Positions 52,201 to 64,000 of a stretch of DNA of 64,000 bases are shown here, piece after piece. The first letter of the stretch is position 1, and every line of letters starts with the position of its first letter. The stretch is taken from NCBI RefSeq assembly GCF_964204645.1, contig NC_134033.1:4240231-4304230 (forward strand), written 5' to 3'. Origin of the DNA: Tubulanus polymorphus (Eukaryota; Animalia; Nemertea). Below the pieces are notes generated by a model that did not search any database, was not told the DNA's origin, and saw only the letters and a program-made list of their open reading frames with translations. The translations under genes and the position numbers were made by a program.

Positions 52201-55200
52201 AAGTTGTTTCGAGTATGTATTTAAATCGTTTCTTTCTGTTTCACAAATGAATGTCGTGTGCGTCTCCTCGATTTGACACGGGAATCGTACCCAGTTCGCC
52301 GATCCTCGTGGATTATTCAGTATCATCGCCGTACACGGCATATTGACGTCATTTATCGGTTGTTTTCTTAGCGGAGATATCAATCCTCGAATAACTTCTG
52401 GTATCGTTTCATTAACAGCAGCAGGTTCAAACCATTCTGCGTAACTCAACGGTTTCCCGTCAGACCACGAGTAATAACCTTTGGACTCCTTTAATTAAGA
52501 AAAAACACTGTTATTGCAGAAAACTCTTTTTGGATTATCTTTTATGTTCTAATCATTTTTTGAACAACTTCTTATCTTTTCACATGACAAGAACATATAT
52601 GATAATCATCAAAGCTCAATTAGATGATTAATATTTGATATGTATTTTACCTGCCATTTCAATCCAATCATCACAATAAGCGCCGCCTGTGAATATGCCT
52701 CATGAAGCAGTTTTGTAGCGAACAGCTTTTTTACGGCTATCATTTCGCATTGAGAGTTGATACTGAGAAGATGTCCTCCATATTTCTGTTGACAGAAAAT
52801 TTCAGCGTTCTCCCAATTCAGACGTTCATGTTTGATGTATCTAATACACGAAACGCCTGAATCTAGAAAATCTGATCGGCAGCCATTGATTCGGTGTTTC
52901 AGTAAAGGCGATTGTTCTAAAGTGAATTGAATTCGAAATATTGGCATGAATTGTGACAACTCAAAATACACGTCATACCCGAGTAGACTGTACAATACAA
53001 GTCCTGCTACTGCGTTATTTTCACATGTTGTTGTTGTATGACGGGTTTCTGTAAACGTGGAAAATAAATCGTTCGGATCATCAAATATTTTGATAATTTG
53101 TGTTAGTAATATTGATCCCCTTGTGTTGGTACCAATAGATTCGGAGCATGATGTTTGTCCGATAAATTTAAACAGGAATCTGATGTAATGATTTATATTT
53201 TTGTCAGTAGGAAAGGAAAAAGTAAAGAATATAGTTTCAGAGGTTGATAATCCAGGGAAGTTCGGTGACTGCACGAGTCCACAATCAACGTTTCTTGTAA
53301 TTCCTCCAAATGACCTTGGATACAGTTGACTTTGTTTTAATTTCTGACATTTACGTCGTAATACAATCATTAATGGTGAACTCCAGAATTCATATTTAGT
53401 GCGCAATAATTTCACATCGATTAATACGAAACTGGTATTAAACACGTGACTATCGAGACTGATCGTTAAACAGGGAGTCCTAGCTCCACGATAACATCTG
53501 TCAATTTGATATTCGTGTTCTGATAATACATCTATGTTTTCTATCGGTTGGCGTCGATTTTCAGGTGTAATCACGATACAGTATGACGTCATTGTGATTC
53601 GTCGTTCTCCTTCGTGTAGAACATATCCATCACAGTCAGTAGGAACTAATTTTAGTCCACCAGTTATTAGTAGATCATGCCAGTTGTAAGCGTATGCTAC
53701 TACAGTAACCGGTCCACCTGATGTAATCAGGCTGACGACAGATCGACCGTAGTATGAACCAGGACAATACGGACCATAGCGTCTAGCTGTGAAATTAACA
53801 CCATCAAATATGTAAAAACCAGCTCGATCACAATTCTCCGTTAAAACTGTTAGTTTTAATCCATAACCTGATAATTCGTACTCATGAATGTCAATTTTCG
53901 AGCTGAATGCAAATCTACTGATACGATATTGTAACTTTCGTTTCGAATAACGGGGGAACAGACTATAATATTGCACTGAATGATCATTTCTAACCTACAA
54001 TAGATGAAAACAGAGTAAATCATCGGTTTTCAATTAATGTTCATACCTTATTTTCCTTTGCCATTTAAACAAAAAATATGACTCATGTTCGATCGGATTT
54101 GATTGCAAAAATTACGTGAATTGTACTTTCGTCGTTGATAAAACACTTTCAAATCAATACAATAAATTAACGATTTATTTTCATGCTGTTTTAACTCACT
54201 TTTTTATCTTCCACTTTGACGTCTGTTTCCTTCAATGATTCTATTTTGTAGTCGATCGATGTTGAATTCGTCAACGATTTTCCGGAAAGATTCTCTGATA
54301 ACAGTAAACACAATATCGCGAGAAATCCGTCAGATTTTACACCTAACGATTCCAGGAAGTTTTCGCCGAGTAAAATATCAGTTCCGACAACCGTTAAATC
54401 TTCCAGTTTATAAACACCGATGACGTCATCGGAAGTGACGAGATCACGTGACCAGTTGAAGACGACGTACTGCAGTATTTCAGCTGTGATAGACCAGCAG
54501 TATAAGCGTTTAGACTGAGTTATTACGTACGGCCTATCACCAGGAATGAGCACTCCGGATTTGTTTTTACAGATCGGAATCGATGGATTAGAAATATTCC
54601 AATCTGATATCCTATACAGTTTTACAAATAGATAAGTTTTGAGAGTCACTCGGACCTGTTTTGTTGAAAAAGTGACGATAGCTCTGTTAGTTTTAGTGTA
54701 AATAGAGATGGGCGGATGTCCGGTTTGTTCCCGTATATTCATTATAGGTTCACTTGTGTTCCATCCGTCATAAATTTGAACGGTCACATGTAAACCTGGT
54801 TGTAATAATCTCAAATCTATTTCCTCAAAAGTCAAATTCATACCGAAACCCTCTGGTATCCCGGACCACTCGAGCTGCAGGGAATTACATATTTCATTTA
54901 TGTCGATAGCAAATTTATCACCCGTTTTAAAAGTTTGCAATTGTTTTATTCGGTAGGACGAACAGTGGTGAACAGTTTTCAGATGTTTTTCCTCCAAACG
55001 ATAAAATACATAAACTCGACTTCCTTTCACAACATCATTTACATCACTCTTAAACGTCAACGATAATGAATTACTGCGATAAATATCTAATTGTTTTCCA
55101 GCACCGCACAGTAAGTTATCAGAATCGCTGATGCGAAGATAGTTATCTCTACAGAATATAGACGGCTCGATGTCGTAGTAAACTTGGACGCGAAAGGTAC

Positions 55201-55426
55201 CCGGTAAATAGCTGTTGACGAACCAACGACATTCAACACCGCGCGTAAACGACGGATAATTCGGTGAAACGATGTAACCGGACGTAGAATCGAGTGAAAA
55301 CCACGTATTGTTACACCGTGAACTGACAGTTACAGACGGTTGATCGGTAGAGATCCGATCAGTCGTCTGCACCGACGACAGTTTCATTAGTAGAATGAGT
55401 AATAACGTTAAGAGACTGCGCGTCAT
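49288..55426 (-). pseudogene. GRL101-like LGR copy E, frameshifted in exon 3 (pseudogene or truncated secreted form)
   Basis: Exons 55426-54200 and 53994-52651 are open. Exon 3 (52488-49288) has a 26-bp deletion at ~52214 (stop at 52198) and a 4-bp deletion at ~49623 in TM5. Confidence 0.85.
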
Positions 55427-56735
55427 GTTGACATTCTCCTCGATCAGTTTAACTCTAACTACAGCGAATAGATTTTAATCCAATTAATGTTGGGCGTTTC
55501 CGAGTGAGTGAGAGAGAGCGGTAGAGAGGATGAGTCAGACTACACGGCGCTCACTAAAAATAAATTCGATAATCTACGAAACCGAATTAATGATTAACGA
55601 GATTCAAATGAAATGTAAAAATGTTATTCGATATTTTGTGCCGAGTCAGTTTTATATACGTACATACAATTTCAAAACTCTAAATCCAAAACGTCCTATT
55701 TCGAATACTACCTCTAGCTCGCTGTAAGGTGCTGCTCTCCTCATCGTTAGCGGATTTTCTAGATACTAACTTGAGTCGACTGGCCATCGATTTGTTGATT
55801 GCCAGTCTCGATTCATATCTTTTTATCTTAAAATAGGGATTGACTCTGCTATTCGTTTGATTTTTATGATTTGGTGTCCCATGTAAACACACCACACCTG
55901 CCGGTAGCGAAACAGGGGTTTTGATTTTGAAATCGGAAATCGAAGTATAGATAAAGTCGTGTGATCGGCGGCCAAAATTACAGAATTTTTTGTTTAAATC
56001 GATGTAATTAATTTTTAGAATGAAAATCCCGCTTAAAAGAGCATAGTGGCAGCAACTTGCGATACAGCTAGCGGTAGTATTTCGCCGTATCTAGAAATTC
56101 CACTGTATCCACAGTTTTAGTCACTGTTGCAGTTTGCGGCGTGGCTCGGTGGATCAAGCTGTTTCACTCAGGACATAATGCTTTCGTGTCAGGACATAAT
56201 CAGCGTCCGATTACTCACAGATCTAACAAATCCTTTCGTCATAGAATACTCGCGGATGCCGGAGTATCTGTACGGATGGATGAGCTGGACATTCAAAAAG
56301 GAACCACACAAAAGGTCATTTTGGAACAAAGCCTGATGCTATCAGCGCTGTGCGACAATTATACCTGTTCAAGAGTTTGAGTCCTGCTGAATGCAGTTCG
56401 GGCAACACTTTAGAGGCTGTTATCCAGTCATGAGGTTCGCACGATCCAGTAGTAGGGTTGCAAAATATTTCCTACGTATCTTTGTTTTCGACCAATTCTG
56501 AAGCCGATAAAATCCATATGGAACTCGTCGAAGAAGGTAAACTACCCAATGCTGTACTTAGAAGGATATTTCAAAACATGGATAATATATAGATACGACT
56601 CGCCATAGAATCATCGCACAACACAATATATTATGAGTTTATGTCGTGCTCCTGTCTTATGTCTGTTATCAACTTTTTTCCCCTTCTCACCCTGTGTCAC
56701 CCGATGAGAATACTGTACATTACGAAGTTAGGAAG

Positions 56736-57670
56736 CAGGGGTGGATCCAGGGGCATATTTTGATTGCCTTCCTAAAGAAATGAGGGCACCCACAAGGGGG
56801 AGCGCGGGGTAACCCCCAGGGGCGGATCCAGGGGGATGGGTAGACAGTATTGGAAGGAAATTTAAGGGCTCCTTTCTGATCTTAGTGCACACCCAGTATC
56901 CAGGTCAATGCGAGCGCCGAAGGCGCGAAGTCCTTAGAGGGGGGTCCCACCCCCAGAAAATGTTGAAAATATGGTACCATTTTTTACCTTTTAGAGGGCT
57001 TCTAGAGGCTAGCAGAGCAATCCAGAATAAACGAATTCGAGACAAGATTTCAACAGATGCGGATAAAAAATGAAGCTGGTGAACCCATGAAAGAATGGTT
57101 GTCGCCAACTTCGCCTAATGCCCCTATAATCTTTAAAAGTGCCCCTTAACAATTATACAGAATATGTCTAAGTGCCCCTTCATTGTTAACAATCGGCAAA
57201 AATTGCCTCGTCTTCACATTTATCCTTATGTCGTGTGCCATCTTCCAAACCAAAAGTGCCCCTAAAATTTTAAAAATTAGGCAAAAAAGTGCCCTTTTCT
57301 TCAACATTTTTTCCGCGTATAGTGCCCTCTTCTAAAGTACGAGTGCCCCTTTAGCCCTCCCTGAAAAGGCAAGGACAAAGTGCCCTCATCTAAAGCATGA
57401 GTGCCCCTTGCAAAAGGAAAGTGCCCTTTTTAATTTATCATGATTAAAGGCTTTACAAATATGATTATCTCTCCTCACTTTCTCGGCAGCGGTATATACC
57501 GATTAATTTTATAATTATGCCCGGATTACGGACACTGAAATAGCGGTTGCTGAAATAATGCCGTCAAAAATATTGCCGGTGAAATTTCGAAGGGCACTTA
57601 AAAATTCGAGACCTCGGGATTTTTTGACTGCCTTCCGGAAGGCATGGAAGGCACCCTGGATCCGCCCCTG
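56736..57670. mobile_element. Non-autonomous TIR element (CAGGGG.GGATCCAGGG termini, 5-bp TSD)
   Basis: Termini CAGGGGTGGATCCAGGG and CCCTGGATCCGCCCCTG. GGAAG direct repeat at 56731-56735 and 57671-57675. About nine internal AGTGCCC repeats at 57138-57428. Confidence 0.85.
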
Positions 57671-58027
57671 GGAAGGTAATTTCTATTCACTCGATTTCTT
57701 ATTAAAACCATCGGAACAGTGGAAATCGGATATGTCGTAGTAGTTGAGACGATAATTATGTTTATAACTAGTCGAAAGGACGTTGTTTGATTTTCATTTC
57801 ATTTATTGTTCATGAAGCTAATTTTGACCGTTATAAAGCGACCAGTTAATGCACAGTCGAATTGTTTCATCTCACTGGATTCCATTGGTTAACTTTGAAA
57901 GGCACAGATTGAGGACGGGTCAATTTTTACCAAATTACCCGTAACGTTCTTAGCGTTCAAAAACGACGATCGTAAAGTTTCTGAGTCTTTGAACTGTGAA
58001 CAAAAAATCAGAAAAACTCGAGTTCAA

Positions 58028-58466
58028 TTACGTCACGTACGTGAATAATTCATTGAGGGTCCACGTATAAACAACCCCCCTTTTGCTATGATTTCTAAGA
58101 ACTAAATCATTTATAATTTTTAACAACTCTTTCTCCACGATTTCGTGAACGTGGGTGCGCCCTCTGATTTGGTAAAAGTAAATTAAGCGCTCATGGCGTT
58201 CGATTCGATCGATTTCCAAAATTTTCTAAAAAGACTTCATAAAACGAGATGATTACGTGCCATTTGTCTATTGAACAACGTAAACGCCTTGACTTCATAA
58301 ACAGCCTGTAAATCAACCATCCACCAATGCATTCCGGGTTTGGCCGCGGTGTGGGTACAGCTACCAGCTCCGTACTTAGTGTTAATACTACCGTCGACAG
58401 CTTTTCGCGCATTTTCTCCTACGGAGCTTTGGTATACCGGTTTGTTCAAAGCGACGTTCCGCAAGG
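58028..58466 (-). pseudogene. F-type lectin (fucolectin/FTP domain) exon, frameshifted
   Basis: NVALNKPVYQSS..A.KAVDG..SCTHT..WWMVDLQAVYEV..LFNR is the F-type lectin signature. The frame breaks after FNR; the remainder, ending WTLNELFTY (resembling LTLCEVEVY), is in another frame. Confidence 0.8.
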
Positions 58467-60129
58467 CTTCGAATATATTATATACAATAAACGAGTACGA
58501 AAATATTAGGATCTAGGTTTTGGAAAATCGGAAAGCGGGGTCTGAGCGGATAAAAGCAGCCTCGGCGTGGGGTTCAATATCGGGGCGTTAGGTATTTTTG
58601 TAGTAATCCGCCAGAAAAGATACGATTTCAAATGATGAGCGTAAAATTGTTAAGTTTTAGCAATTTCCAACAGTCCTGGCAAAAAGGGCGAACCATGAGA
58701 TTAACCCCTAAATCTAGCCCTGCAAACCGACGATGATCATTGCATCGTCGAGCATGCGTGTATTTCATCGATAGAAAAACACTGAAAATGTGTTTGGTTT
58801 AAAGCGATTACAAGATTTTACGGAAGAATAATTTGAAGTAGAAAAATCGAGTTTTGAAAAACGTGTTTATTGATCATTTTGCGACCGTCGAATATCTTGC
58901 AGCAAAATATGAATAATGAATGCGTTGTGTTGAAAGTAATAATAATATTACGCTGAACTTACTGATAACGCGTGCGATCACGATAACGATCGCTAATACG
59001 ATGGATGAGAGCGACTTGTTCCTCTTTTCCGACTTACCCCACCTCACAACTTTAACAGAACTGAATGATGATTCACCAAAATTTCTGGCGTGTTGTAGTC
59101 GAATATTTCACAAAACCGATAGAAGAAGAACCGATATCGCTACTGGAAACTGTTTTATTATTTATACAGTATTTGGTTACACATTTTCTACCCATTTCGA
59201 CGAGAGTTTAACGTTCAACGCCGAAACCATGGCTGGTTCTGCAGTATCGGAATAATAGAAAATATTTCAGCGACTTGCTGGCGACATTTTGTTGATTTTC
59301 TATTTTCATGTTTCCAGCCCTATTCGTCTGCGCGTTTTGAGAGGCTTTAACGGTGATCGAGCATTAAATAAATTTTCTGCTCTCGCGCAGCAAAACGATC
59401 CCGAAAAGGTTAGTAACGTTTTATTGTTGACGTTTCGCCTCGTATCGTAATAGACATCTTCAGGAGTACTGAATGTCGGAATTAAATCATTAGCCGTGAT
59501 AGTGCTCAACAATGTTGAGGTGATATGAATAATTATTTTGAAGTAAAAATTTTTACAGAATCAATGAATCAGCAAGTAAATTAAAATTGTAATAATATTA
59601 AATGAAGGACGGCTTTGAAACGATAGTTAGAAGCTTATAAAAGAAAGCAGCGATAGAAAAGATGACTTTGATGAAACCAGGATTGATCATTACAGATAAG
59701 GGAAGACTAACAGAGCAATTCTAAGTTCTAAAATAAATTCAGTATAATCTCACCAGTGTCTAATTATTGATAATTGAAAAAAAATTCAAAATGGGAAAAG
59801 AATAAACTTTCTCAGAGGTAGGCGAAGTCGGGTGGACGTTGGTTTACAATCACGGATTAGGAGATATTCAGAAGCCTCGAGAAATCTGGAGGGACCGCCA
59901 CAAAATGGCGCTTAGAAACTGGAAACTTCTTTATTGGCTCCGCGGTCGGCGCAGTCTTTAATGTGGGTCGATGAAATGTATTCATATTTTCAAATATCGT
60001 TTATGTGTAATATCTTATCTTAATGTTTGTAAAGTGTTGTGATTATCCTTAACGCTGTGCTATAGAGGAAATAAATGATAATTATTGATCATTATTATCT
60101 TCACAGTATAGAGATTATTAGTATTATCA

Positions 60130-63100
60130 TCATTTGATTGGTTGTCGTTTTCTGCGTTTATTTCGAGCTCGTATTGATTTCATATCGATAGTTAGAATAG
60201 TGTAAAGAAGCGGGTTCAGAGTTGAGTTTATCGGCAAGAAAAGAACGGCAAGCCAAGCGGCAACCTGGTTCGGTATCTCGACCGAAAATACGGCGCAAAA
60301 CTGAACGATTATTAACGGTAACCAGCAAAATAAATTACACAAATTGATGACTAAACTGCGTCGAGCTAGAACGAGTTCTGTAGGATCAGCTCTACCCGAA
60401 CCGGACCTGCTTCTGGATACATACTTGTACATCTGCGCGTACGACATCATTATCAGAGTGAGAATGATCGCGTTTAATACAGCGAATATAGCGAACGAAT
60501 ATTGCCAACCATTGACATCTATAGATATTAAATTCATAGGTAAACAGATACCCGAACTACCGTAAAAATTATCACCGAAATAAGACGACCGAGACAGTGG
60601 TAGAAAGGCGATTAAACTCAGAAATATCCAGCATAAACAAGACAGAATCATAATGATATTTGAGGATAAAACCGGGTTACCGGAAAATGGGTCGATTATA
60701 TTCGAATATCTGAAACGCGTGAGGAGAAGGAGAAATGTTAAAGAACCTTCGCAAGATATCGTCACCACAATACCGGCAACACTGCATAATGAACTACGAG
60801 TCCAAGTTTCAGAATTCAGAAAATAAACACCTTTATAAACGTGATCAGTTGCAGCGATCAGAAACAGATAAACAGACATCAGCAAATCACAAAGCGCGAT
60901 ATTGATGATGAGGATATCCGACGATTTATTTTGCGTTTCTGACGAAACTCGAATCGACCTAAAACGAAATAAGATAACGGTAATATTGGAAAGGAATGTA
61001 AAACAAGCGATGATCCAGATAACAGCTGTCAGGACAGTGTTCTCAATGAGGTCTGAACACGATGAGAATTGATCAGGATCCGGGAGACACCGGTCAATAT
61101 TCGGCACCATACAACAGAATTTATACGCGTCCGAAGCGAGAAAATATAAAGACGTCAGATTATCGAAGATATTATTTTCCGATGAAATGATCCGCGAATT
61201 GTTGGTGAAATCTAGAACTCCCAGTGAACTCAACCCAGTAAACGCGTATCTGGATATTGATCTGATTGCGTTACTGCTGATATTCAAATATTTCAGCGCT
61301 GGTAAACCTCGGAATACGTTACGAGTAAGAATCGATATAGAGAGTTCACGGAGATCCATAACCGGAAGTGACGTCAAACCATTGAAGCTTCCATCATTCA
61401 AATATCTCAGCGGATTTCCGGCGAGTAAAAGTTGTTTCAAACTGTTTAATCCAGCGAATGTATCAACGTGTAGTGATACTAGGCGATTATACGACAGATC
61501 TAATGTATTTAGATTGCGTAGATTAGAAAACGCGTTGGAGACAATGTCAGATAAATCATTACGGGAAATATTGAGTAAGAAAAGGTACAGAAAAGAGGAA
61601 AATGTCGATTCATTGAATCTAACTCGGTTATTCGATAAAATCAAAACTCGAGTCGACGCGGCAAAAATTCGAGAAATATCCGATAAAAAAGTATTTTCAC
61701 AATCGATGAAACGACCTTGACATTTACAATAGTTAGGACACGTGACGTCGCAGTAAGCCTCGTCGTCCGAGTTATGTTTACAATTCACGACGCCATCGCA
61801 AACTTCCGACTGAGGAATACATCGATGTTCGTCAGCGCATTTAAACATTCCCGGACACGAAAACGTTTCGCAATTGAATTCATCTTCTGAATTGGGACAA
61901 TCTGATCGACCGTCGCACACGTGTCTAATCGGTATACAGTAAGACGATGGACATTTCACTGTACCAGCTGCACATTCAAACTCATTACAATTCAGTAAAT
62001 GTTCGAGTCTTCTACAAACAGGAAAACCTGTCGGCATTCTTTCTAAAATACATCTATCTCTTCTCGCGTAACAATGAGGAGAATCGAATGAACATCTTTG
62101 TTCATTCGATTCTGTACAGAGTGAAGTGAAATTCGTCGTGCAGTAGTTCTCTGTAGTGCAGTGAATTTGTGGTTTGATTGTTATATCGGTAGTTACTATT
62201 TCATCTTCTTCGAGGTCCCCGCCACAATCTACAACGCCATCCCGAAACAACAGAGAACTGATACATTCGCCATTTACGCACAAAAACCCGTTACATTCGT
62301 CCGAAGAGCAGTCGATCTCATCGGATTTATCTTGACAGTCAACCAGTCCATCGCATCGTTCATATTTATCCACACATTGTCCGTCGTTACACTTAAATTG
62401 ATCAGAGGAACATAAAATATGATAGCACGAGTTCTCATCCGAGCCATCGACGCAATCTCTCATAAAGTCACAGAAACCGCTAATCGATATAACCTGTCCA
62501 TCGTTACAGCGGAACTGACTGTGTAAATTGATATCCGTACAATCGAGTTCATCTTCACCGTGTTGACAGTCGTTTCTGGTATCACATACGCGATGGTCGC
62601 TGATACATCTTTGATCGTTACATTCAAACTGCCACGATTTACAACCTCTTACAGAAACCAACTCTTCACCAGTTACATCATAGGAACATAGCACGGAATG
62701 CGCTTCATCTTTGACATTATTGAAGGCAGTCACTGACCATTTCACTGTTTGAAAATATGTTATCCAATCTCTAATTACAACTGGTTTTATTGCCATAATT
62801 CTTCCGCTTGTATGATTAGTCAGTATAGCGCCATATTGATGCTGATAGTGAAAAAAATTTATCAAATGCTGAATTTCAATACTAGCTGATGTTATTATAC
62901 CTATGTTTCCACCGATCACATTCAAAGTCACATTTCTCTAGCTGTTTGGATTGTTAAACTTTCAGTGTGGAGCGTTTGCCAGGCTGTAAGTATCTGATAG
63001 CAATGCGCTTCTATATGAATCCATCCTCTTAGACACGTGGAGTTAAATCGTTCAAAGTTGTTCCGAGTTATTTCAGTTGTATCGTTTTGTGAAGATGTAT

Positions 63101-64000
63101 TTAAATCGTTTCTTTCTGTTTCACAAATGAATGTCGTGTGCGTCTCCTCGATTTGACACGGGAATCGAACCCAGTTCGCCGATCCTCGTGGATTATTCAG
63201 CATCATCGCCGTACACGGCATATTGACGTCATTTATCGGTTGTTTTCTTAGCGGAGATATCAATCCTCGAATAACTTCTGGTATCGTTTCATTAACGGCA
63301 GCAGGTTCAAACCATTCTGCGTAACTGAACGGTTTTCCATCAGACCACGAGTAATAACCTTTGGACTCCTTTAATTAAAAAACAAACAAACACTTGTTAT
63401 ACAATATTGCAGAAAACTCTTTTTGGATTTTTTTCTGGTCTTCTAATCATTTCTTGAATAGCTTCATATCTTGACACATGACAAGAACATAAATCATTAT
63501 ATCAAAGCTCAATTGGATGATTAATATTTGATATGCATTTTACCTGCCATTTCAATCCTATCATCACAATAAGCGCCGCCTGTGAATATGCCTCAAGAAG
63601 CAGTTTTGTAGCGAACAGCTTTTTCACGGCCATCATTTCACGTTGAGAATTGATACTGAGAAGATGTCCTCCATATTTCTGTTGACAGTAAATTTCAGCG
63701 TTCTCCCAATTCAGAAGTTCGTGTTTAATGTATCTAATACACGAAACGCCTGAATCTAGAAAATCTGATCGGCAGCCATTGATTCGGTGTTTCAGTAAAG
63801 GCGATTGTTCTAAAGTGTATTGAATTCGAAATATTGGCATGAACTGTGACAACTCAAAATATAAGTCATACCCGAGTAGACTGTACAACACAAGTCCTGC
63901 TACTGCGTTATTTTCACATATTGTTGTTGTATGACGGGTTTCTATAAACGTGGAAAATAAATTGTTCGGATCGTCAAATATTTTGAAAATTTGTCTTAGT
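60130..64000 (-). pseudogene. GRL101-like LGR copy F (5' part outside the window), disrupted in exon 3
   Basis: 3' part of exon 2 (64000-63544) and exon 3 (63368-60130). TGA at 62928-62930 plus a small complex indel at ~62915-62930 that shifts the frame; the downstream 933-aa frame is otherwise open. Confidence 0.82.

Noticed and set aside
41932-63000. Lesions in copies D, E and F as sequencing errors or programmed recoding
   Set aside because: They are 4-26-bp indels and nonsense substitutions outside homopolymers, at different positions in each copy. Ordinary decay is more likely, though a read-level check is still advisable.

Overview
Eukaryotic, AT-rich genomic DNA with spliceosomal introns, most likely from an invertebrate animal. 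From about 21.9 kb to 64 kb lies a head-to-tail, minus-strand tandem array of six copies (A-F, left to right) of a three-exon, ~1,931-aa GRL101-like class C LGR. Its architecture is signal peptide, several CUB/CUB-like modules, two C-type lectin-like domains, ~7 LDLa repeats, LRRs and a rhodopsin-type 7TM. Copies B and C look intact; D, E and F carry nonsense or frameshift lesions; A is cut off inside exon 2. The 7TM/C-tail is almost invariant, while short ectodomain patches are hypervariable and shuffled between copies. The left third holds a decayed 16-exon DUF7869/Sola-like DDD transposase gene with a tandem array of phase-1 micro-exons, an array of GAGTC-N4-GACTC palindromes, a TTAA-flanked Kolobok-like non-autonomous element, CAGGG-type MITEs and an L2/Crack LINE fragment. 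A degenerate F-type lectin exon lies in the E-F spacer. All family assignments come from manual motif recognition; no searches were run.
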